A DNA stretch of 32,000 nucleotides from Candidatus Thorarchaeota archaeon (GTDB taxonomy: Archaea > Asgardarchaeota > Heimdallarchaeia > Hodarchaeales > Hodarchaeaceae). Location of the stretch: contig JBHLRO010000002.1 in NCBI GenBank assembly GCA_048882505.1, forward strand, positions 60,001 to 92,000, read 5' to 3'. Position 1 is the first letter of the stretch. The number at the start of each line of letters is the position of its first letter. The position numbers and the translations under genes are program-made. This document shows positions 25,777-32,000 of this stretch, one piece after another. The notes under the pieces are model-generated. The model searched no databases. It was given only the letters and a program-made list of their open reading frames with translations, and had not been told where the DNA came from.

Positions 25777-26348
25777 AGGCCTGGATATCTCTTGATTCCA
25801 AAGAAGTAGAAGCAGTCATCCAGAAGGTGAATGCTATCTGGGCTGCTGATATCATGACCCGTCTTCTTGGCAGGTATCTATTAGTTAAACAGGAAGGAGA
25901 ACGGAGCGAGGTGTATTTAGTTCCCCAATCAGACCTGAAACTACTGAATTTACTTACTTCGTCTCTGACACAGCAAAATGGGCAATTAGAATATGCGAAA
26001 ACGAAGCTAGGATTCTTTATCCGAAACCAATTTCACCTCGGAATCGAATCCCTCAGCTTTTTGTTTGCGGTTGCTGGGCCACCAACCCGAAAATTGATTT
26101 TGCAGCCTAAAGAGACCCAACAATTCATCTATGGAAAAAACCTGGAGCAGCTATCCCCACAAACGCTACGACAACTTGAAGAGCTTGCTATTCAAGAGCG
26201 GGGAGATGAAGAAGCACCTATTATTGTGTTGTCCGACAGACAAATCCCCCTAGGATTGGCTTCTTATCGTGTAAACGGAAATTCACGATGGCTCTTGAAC
26301 ATTGTAGATGTAGGCATCTACTTACGGGCAGAAAAAACAGCGTTTTGA
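25773..26348 (+). CDS. nip7: Nip7-like ribosome biogenesis protein (PUA domain)
   Basis: G..LG...K..F.L.IE-like segment, F.YGKN, C-terminal N.VDVG.YLR.E; coupled to the Nop2-type methylase (ATGA overlap). Confidence 0.8.
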   Translation: MKAWISLDSKEVEAVIQKVNAIWAADIMTRLLGRYLLVKQEGERSEVYLVPQSDLKLLNLLTSSLTQQNGQLEYAKTKLGFFIRNQFHLGIESLSFLFAVAGPPTRKLILQPKETQQFIYGKNLEQLSPQTLRQLEELAIQERGDEEAPIIVLSDRQIPLGLASYRVNGNSRWLLNIVDVGIYLRAEKTAF

Positions 26349-26400
26349 TTGAATGAGGGATATCCCTTGAAATGGGCGTTTATTCTTCTATGATTGTAAC

Positions 26401-26769
26401 TTACGAGTATCCAAATTGCTCAATAGAAATCTTGTTTCCTTCTGGATCCTTGATGTCAAAAACAAATGTATTAGGTACTGGTTCCCTGATTTCGCTATCT
26501 AAAATCCCTTTATCCTTGAAATACGAAAATGCTTCCTGAATGTCTTGTACCTCAAATGTGAATCGAGGACTATCGGTCCCAATTTCTCCCTTACCTCCCG
26601 TATGAAGAGCAAGTGTTGCTTCACCAGTGGAGAAGGTTACCCAAAACTCCTTGCTGTAATCCCTAATATCAGGATAGGTTATTTTCAAGCCGAGGATGTC
26701 TCGATAGAATTCAACTTGTTTTTGCATATTAGCTGTGTAGAGAATGATTTGACGAATAGTTCCAAGCAT
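26401..26769 (-). CDS. VOC/glyoxalase family protein
   Basis: I.Q..LYT.NM.K.VEFYRDILGL, F.V.DI.EA, F.IKDPEGN.I.I. Confidence 0.9.
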   Translation of the reverse strand: MLGTIRQIILYTANMQKQVEFYRDILGLKITYPDIRDYSKEFWVTFSTGEATLALHTGGKGEIGTDSPRFTFEVQDIQEAFSYFKDKGILDSEIREPVPNTFVFDIKDPEGNKISIEQFGYS

Positions 26770-27079
26770 ATGATCCGAAAAAAGAGTTTAAATAAAAAGC
26801 ATTATTGACCCAGACAGTTGAGGATTTTTCGGGTTTTTGATAAGATAATGCCTTTAAAAGTCAAATTTTTTAGAGAGAGTTCAATTCATCATAAGACTTT
26901 TAAGAAAGAGTGAAACCTGGGGTCTTTGAAAGGAAGAACAGACCATAGATGAAAAAAATCTAGTTTTGTGGATCACAACAGCTCTCTTTCAACTAGAATC
27001 GTAAGGATTAGCCACCATAAAATGGTTATTTTTTCGAAATTGGTCTTTTTGGCTACTCCATCGAGAAATGTGAGAAACA

Positions 27080-27568
27080 ATGAATATATCAACACCCATA
27101 GAAATGAATTCTGAAGAAAAAATCCAAAAAATTGAAGATTTAAATCCATTGGAAGAAAACGTCACGGTTACGTTTAAAGTAATTGAAAAAGGCGAAGTGA
27201 GAGATATTTATAAACGGTACTCTGGCGAAACCCAGCATGTTTGTGATTTTCAAGTAGCTGATGATACCGCCCGAATTATTTTAACCCTCTGGCAAGATGA
27301 CATTGATGCAACTGAGGTAGACCGTACGTATAAACTGGAGCATGGATTTGTAAATATTTTTAAGAACCGACTTCGTTTAACAAGGGGTCGATCGGGAAAA
27401 ATAAGTGAAGTTGACGATGTGGAGTTCGACGACCTCAACTTGGATAATAATCGCTCCGATGAACAGCACGAGGATCCACGCAGACAACGTACTAGTTACA
27501 AAAGCGATTATTTTGATACCTCTTATAGGAACTCGCGTGTTCAAAGAGATGACAGATGGCGGTACTAG
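27080..27568 (+). CDS. ssb: Single-OB-fold single-stranded DNA binding protein with an Arg/Asp/Tyr-rich tail
   Basis: KIEDL.P...NV...FKV.EK, VADDTARI.LTLW, GFV.IFK..L.L..GR.G.I pattern of archaeal SSB/RPA OB folds. Confidence 0.88.
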   Translation: MNISTPIEMNSEEKIQKIEDLNPLEENVTVTFKVIEKGEVRDIYKRYSGETQHVCDFQVADDTARIILTLWQDDIDATEVDRTYKLEHGFVNIFKNRLRLTRGRSGKISEVDDVEFDDLNLDNNRSDEQHEDPRRQRTSYKSDYFDTSYRNSRVQRDDRWRY

Positions 27569-27680
27569 ACTCGGGTTATTACTACAATCTTTTTTCCTTC
27601 TTTCCTCAAAACAGGCCGTCCTCATTGGGTTAAGACTCATCTAATAAACTAATCATCAAATGAAAAAAACAGGCGCTTCC

Positions 27681-28133
27681 TTATTTAATATCCAAAAGTC
27701 TAACGGTAAAAAACAAGGTTTTTCCAGCAAGTGGATGGTTGAAATCAAGTAAAACATGGCTGCTTGCTACTTCTATAACTGTAGCGAGCAGTTTTCGTCC
27801 ATCTTTCAGTTTCACATCAATAACAGCGCCTTCTACTAAGTCCTTTTCCTTTGATCCTTTTGAGATCCTTTTTACTTTCTTTGGATTATATCCTCCGTAC
27901 GCGTCTTGAGGTTGTATCTCGACTTCTTTTTCTTGCCCAATTTCCATCCCAATAACGGCCATATCAAGGCCTTTTATTACCTCCTCGGCTCCTACTTTAA
28001 ACCTTAACGGGTCATCTTCTTGAGCTTGGGCAACGATAGATTCATCGCGTAATGTTCCAACATATTCGATTTCTACTATATCTCCGAATTCTACATTTTC
28101 AGTTTTTGTTTTTCTTTTTTCTGATGCTTCCAT
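27681..28133 (-). CDS. Short-type SlyD-like FKBP
   Basis: V.IEYVGTL.D, VG...VI.GL, AYG, DFNHPLAGKTL.F.V. Confidence 0.92.
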   Translation of the reverse strand: MEASEKRKTKTENVEFGDIVEIEYVGTLRDESIVAQAQEDDPLRFKVGAEEVIKGLDMAVIGMEIGQEKEVEIQPQDAYGGYNPKKVKRISKGSKEKDLVEGAVIDVKLKDGRKLLATVIEVASSHVLLDFNHPLAGKTLFFTVRLLDIK

Positions 28134-28709
28134 AGTTCTCTTCCTTCAATCTTTTCTGAGAACAAAGCCTGAAGAGCATTATGATAGTTAATCTGGACTG
28201 CAGGAAATGGATATTCCAGTAAACTTTTTGTAATCCAAGACACAAGTTATCATACCGATCCCTAGCGAAGGGCAAAATCGTGTCTGAAAAGTCCAACACG
28301 AACCTGTTGTTATTGTGGCGGCAGTAATAATACGCACAAGTCCTGTATCAGGAATGACAATAATCTGTATATTTACTTGGGGCATATCTTCTTTAATATC
28401 AAGTTTTATTTCAGTTTGAACCGTATGATTATATTGGCTCCATTTTGACGATTTTTTTTGAAAAAGCTGTTTTTTCATCATGATTAATGATATCAAGTCA
28501 TCTAATAAACCTTATTATCCTTAGAAAACTAACCAATGGTAAGAAGTAGAATCCAAGGAACTTAGGCGAAAAAAGCTCTAAAAACATTATGATGACGAGT
28601 CAAAATATATATCCAGAATGATACCAGATGAAAACTCCAAGAAAAGCTGAACCCATTGATGAAAGCGGATGGTTCAAAATCTTTTAAAGAAGAAAGATCA
28701 TACCTTTAT

Positions 28710-28819
28710 ATGCCCTATAATCGCGAGAATGCCAAGGCGTTCGTTTGAAAAGAAATTGAAACTATCTTTAGTTTTCAATTCTTCTCAGTAAGACCCTTCA
28801 TTCAAGGGATTATAGGCAT
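28710..28819 (+). ncRNA. Putative structured leader or small RNA (four-way junction) upstream of the NYN-LOTUS gene
   Basis: By-eye fold: closing stem 28710-28722/28808-28819 plus three hairpins (28727-28742, 28746-28787, 28794-28808). TTTTAAAG at 28682-28689 lies at TATA distance from its 5' end. Confidence 0.45.
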
Positions 28820-28843
28820 TACTTTAGCGAGAGGGATTAAAAC

Positions 28844-29977
28844 ATGAATAACATAATGTCCGATAAAATAAATCCCGTTTTTCCTCCTACCGCTGCCGTT
28901 CTTTTTGATGGTGGTTACTGGAACAAGATACGACAAGAGCTAGGGGTCCATAATGTCGATTTGACCAAGTTAAGCGACGCGATTTGTCAACCTGCATATC
29001 GTCTTCGAAGCTACTACTTTGATGGCAAAAACGACAAGCAGCAAAGCTTCCATTATGGTTTGCAGTTTACTCCAAGGTTTGAAGTAATCCTCGGTGATCT
29101 AGTTGAACGGAAAACACCGTGTCCGCATTGTCAGCAGCAGATAGTAACCCAAGAGCAAAAAAGGGTGGATGTCCAGCTCGCCGTGCAAATGGTACATTTA
29201 GCAACAACCCAGCAGGTTAGTCTTATTGTTTTAGTGGCTGGGGATCGTGATTTTCTTCCTTCAGTAGACATAGCCAAACATGCTGGAGTCATTGTTCGTC
29301 TAGTTCACGGACCAAAAAACACGACTTCAACAGACCTGCGGCAGTGCGCGGATGAAACGATGGAATTAACCCCGGAGTTTCTTCTCAAATTCTTACGTAG
29401 ATCAGAGGATACTGGAATTGAACGTAAGATCTCAATTAAAAAATCAGAGCCTTCTGTTTCTTCCACGATATCGAATGAAAGAATCAAGTACTCGCAAAAT
29501 CTTCTTCAGAAGGCTCTAAAAAATACTCCATCTAATCCTGATGGAAGTATCTTGGCTAGTAGACTAGGCATAACGATATCTAGTATTGAACCTGATTGGA
29601 AAACTATATACAAAGTGAAATCACTCAGTAGCTTGATTGAATTAAGTGGTCAAGGATTGGTTACTCCCAAATATAAAAACAAAGTTCTTCATCTATTTCC
29701 AAATTCTCACCTCATTTCAAGTGATGATAAGGATTTAGAGGTTCAAAAGACTGATCGGGCAATTGATTTTCTTCTCAAAACATTGAAGGAGCTTCAAGCA
29801 GAGAAACAAACTAATATGGTAAGATATTCTGAACTTGGTCTCCGTTTAAGTAAGAAAGATCCAAATTGGAAAAAACGTTTTCATGTTAAGAATCTAGATA
29901 CCTTGGTGGAAAGGGCTTCAAAGTGGGTACAAACCAAGGGTGGTGGAGCGGGGAAGCAAGCCGGTCTTGCTTCTTGA
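28844..29977 (+). CDS. NYN-domain (LabA/DUF88, PIN-like) ribonuclease with two C-terminal LOTUS/OST-HTH domains
   Basis: FDGGY, QKRVDVQLA, GDRDFLP, and a CPHC insert; two repeats of the type LASRLG.....EPDW...YKVKSLSSLIE / YSELG......DPNW...FHVKNLDTLVE. Confidence 0.88.
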   Translation: MNNIMSDKINPVFPPTAAVLFDGGYWNKIRQELGVHNVDLTKLSDAICQPAYRLRSYYFDGKNDKQQSFHYGLQFTPRFEVILGDLVERKTPCPHCQQQIVTQEQKRVDVQLAVQMVHLATTQQVSLIVLVAGDRDFLPSVDIAKHAGVIVRLVHGPKNTTSTDLRQCADETMELTPEFLLKFLRRSEDTGIERKISIKKSEPSVSSTISNERIKYSQNLLQKALKNTPSNPDGSILASRLGITISSIEPDWKTIYKVKSLSSLIELSGQGLVTPKYKNKVLHLFPNSHLISSDDKDLEVQKTDRAIDFLLKTLKELQAEKQTNMVRYSELGLRLSKKDPNWKKRFHVKNLDTLVERASKWVQTKGGGAGKQAGLAS

Positions 29978-30275
29978 TGAAAAAGGTCAAAACTGACCAA
30001 AGAATCCCAGCTCCGACATTCATCTCTGTAAATGATTGATCTGTCTTTAAAATTGATTTTGTGGTTTTGTGGTAATAATGAGACCTGGCTCTTAATTCCG
30101 GAGAATCAGACGAGATCGACCCAAGATATTTAAATATAAACAGCTTATGCATTTAGTAAAGAAACGTACCAGCTGAGATCGATAATAATCGTTTTCGTGT
30201 TAAAGGGACGGAACATCTAACACACGAATACTATCGAGATTGACGATTTCTTGATAATGCAGAGTGCTATTACTT

Positions 30276-30560
30276 ATGGGAAGAAAACGAAAAAGTAGGG
30301 GACGATCAAAAGGGAAAAAAGGGGCATCTCAAAGGGTACAGTGCTCATCATGCGGCCAACAGGTACCTAGAGATAAAGCCAAACGGAAAACAGCTTATAA
30401 ATCATTAGTCGATCCAGTTATCCGATCTGAATTAAGAAAACAAGGAACTAAGGTTCCACGGATACCTATGATACGCTATTACTGTGTTTCATGTGCTGTA
30501 CACCGAGGTATAGTCCAGATAAGATCCGAAGATCATAGAAAAGGAAGACCCCGGTACTAA
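30276..30560 (+). CDS. rps26e: Ribosomal protein S26e
   Basis: MGRKRKSRGRSKG...VQCSSCG..VPRDKA...YCVSCAVH..IV.IRS. Confidence 0.98.
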   Translation: MGRKRKSRGRSKGKKGASQRVQCSSCGQQVPRDKAKRKTAYKSLVDPVIRSELRKQGTKVPRIPMIRYYCVSCAVHRGIVQIRSEDHRKGRPRY

Positions 30561-30715
30561 TATTCTTCATACTATTTATCTGCAATATACACTAAACCGA
30601 GGACTATCATGCCTTCCTTTCTTGTCTCTTCACTGCTTTTCCGATAGAGGACTGTGGCTCCCGATTACGATTTTCTATGTTATTTGTAATGCTCGCTTTA
30701 AGTGCATCCGGGAAC

Positions 30716-31144
30716 CTAGCCCCATATCTTTATAATTCTGACTTTTAGATGCAATGTTTTTCCAGCTAGAGGATGATTTAGGTCAACAGTGAACGTTTTA
30801 TCAGCTGTTTCCGTAACAATGCCCGGAATTTCAAAACCATCTGCGAAAGTAACTATTATTGACATTCCTTGGTGTAGGTTTTCTACTATCGGAACCTGAT
30901 CTTTGTTTATTTTCATAACTAGGTTGGGATTACGAAATCCAAATGCGGCTTTTGGAGGAATTGAAAATTCCTTTTCTTCCCCTTCTTTCATTTCTCTTAA
31001 TTCATTCTCGATGCTGCTTAATATCGTACCTGACCCTAATTCGAACTCTAATAGGCTGCTGTGATTGTTATAATTCTCTAAAACAGTTCCATCATCTAAT
31101 GTTGTTATACATTTCATTTTCACTTTCTTTCCTTTCTTTATCAT
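30716..31144 (-). CDS. Short-type SlyD-like FKBP (degenerate active site)
   Basis: TLDDG, LG.G, P..AFG, VDLNHPLAGKTL. Confidence 0.9.
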   Translation of the reverse strand: MIKKGKKVKMKCITTLDDGTVLENYNNHSSLLEFELGSGTILSSIENELREMKEGEEKEFSIPPKAAFGFRNPNLVMKINKDQVPIVENLHQGMSIIVTFADGFEIPGIVTETADKTFTVDLNHPLAGKTLHLKVRIIKIWG

Positions 31145-31385
31145 AACACAAAACGCTCTGACATGATCTTCTATTCCCAGATCCCAATTTTGGGGATTTT
31201 TCCTGCAAATTTGTTATATATCAGCCAATCGGTCCAGTTTTTTTCCAAGTAATCCGTTTTTTCGAGAATTTTGGAACTTTTCTTATTCTAGATGCTGTGA
31301 AACCCGAACAGAAGAATGCAGAGAGGGAAGTTATAGCTACTACTACCAAAAGATTGGATTTTGGAATGAAATTTTCCCCAAGAGA

Positions 31386-31937
31386 TCAATTATTGCGGTA
31401 ATGGGACCTACCACCTGGTAAACGTTTCATTCCACAGTTAATGAGCATTCCTTTTGTATTTGAGGCTTCTCTGAATCCAAATCGACGATAAAAATCTTTC
31501 AATTCTAAAATATCTTCAGGGGTTGGTTTTTTTTCAGGACTGATAAATGGCTTGGCGTGGAGAGTCAAAACAATCCCTAATTCATCGGCAAAGGTACCTA
31601 TCTCATTGAGGAGTTTAGTTCCAAGTCCATTACCACGAAAGTCCGGTTCAATCCAAAGATTTCCAATGTAGCATTCGTTTTTTGTAGGTTCCCATGTAAG
31701 TGACACGCTCCCTATAATGTGAAATTCGCCTCCGTTTTGCACACCAATGTCTATAAGGCATTGTAACATAGTTTTTTGAGCTATTGCGCTTTTTAATGAT
31801 ATATAATCGCCTATAAAGACTTGATTTATGCTCTGAAATTTAAAACTATGGAACCCGTCGTTTATTCGAAACTCAACTTGAAAGTCCCAATAATCAAAAC
31901 TTGGAAAATTTCGTTTATTTTCTGCAACGGAAAACAT
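31386..31937 (-). CDS. GNAT-family acetyltransferase
   Basis: YIGNLWIEPDFRGNGLGTKLL (acetyl-CoA loop R/Q-x-x-G-x-G) and FYRRFGF. Confidence 0.88.
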   Translation of the reverse strand: MFSVAENKRNFPSFDYWDFQVEFRINDGFHSFKFQSINQVFIGDYISLKSAIAQKTMLQCLIDIGVQNGGEFHIIGSVSLTWEPTKNECYIGNLWIEPDFRGNGLGTKLLNEIGTFADELGIVLTLHAKPFISPEKKPTPEDILELKDFYRRFGFREASNTKGMLINCGMKRLPGGRSHYRNN

Positions 31938-32000
31938 GACTGTTCCCTTTGAAATAAAACAAGATAATTTTCCCCTATTTAAGATTTAGCGAAAATAATC

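Noticed and set aside
27608-27680. Repeated AAAACAGGC between the convergent ssb and FKBP genes
   Set aside because: A 9-nt match that is mostly an A-run; expected by chance.
28188-28496. 102-aa minus-strand ORF upstream of the FKBP gene
   Set aside because: TTG start and no family signal; neighbouring frames hint at a decayed gene but nothing identifiable.
189-31146. The many 60-130 aa ORFs overlapping confident genes (e.g. 299-490, 4803-5027, 12310-12705, 20681-21258, 27377-27644, 30943-31146)
   Set aside because: Antisense or alternate-frame shadows of well-supported CDSs, with no motifs of their own.

Overview
AT-rich archaeal chromosomal segment, probably from an Asgard archaeon (Heimdallarchaeia/Hodarchaeales-like). 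This is inferred from an Arf-family GTPase, a proline-rich helical protein, S26e, Nip7/Nop2 and L7Ae-S28e-L24e; no taxonomy search was run. Core content: an archaeal-type mevalonate cluster (phosphomevalonate dehydratase large and small subunits, UbiX, type 2 IPP isomerase fni), an ABC exporter, ribosome and RNA-maturation genes (L7Ae, S28e, L24e, S26e, Tsr3, ABCE1, Nop2-type methylase, Nip7), the RNase P RNA gene (15999-16374, absent from the ORF track), three SlyD/FKBP paralogs, an HDAC/AcuC, and a NYN-LOTUS nuclease. The most striking feature is at 2737-7674. The 3' end of fni occurs three times (2737, 3201, 7597), each copy starting at the same codon (LLISG) and differing mostly at third codon positions. 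The copies bracket a 248-bp diverged fragment of the downstream permease and about 4.4 kb of decaying cargo: a secreted S8 protease plus beta-sandwich domain split by one in-frame TAG, an intact VapBC and a broken HicBA. This looks like an icd/e14-style integration site inside a protein-coding lipid-pathway gene, with DNA carried in from a related lineage. Other hidden signals are a textbook k-turn in the L7Ae leader, a compact 110-nt four-way-junction RNA in front of the NYN-LOTUS gene, and a dead duplicate of the Arf gene start. All alignments, counts and folds were done by eye. No CRISPR array, tRNA, rRNA, integrase or transposase was seen.
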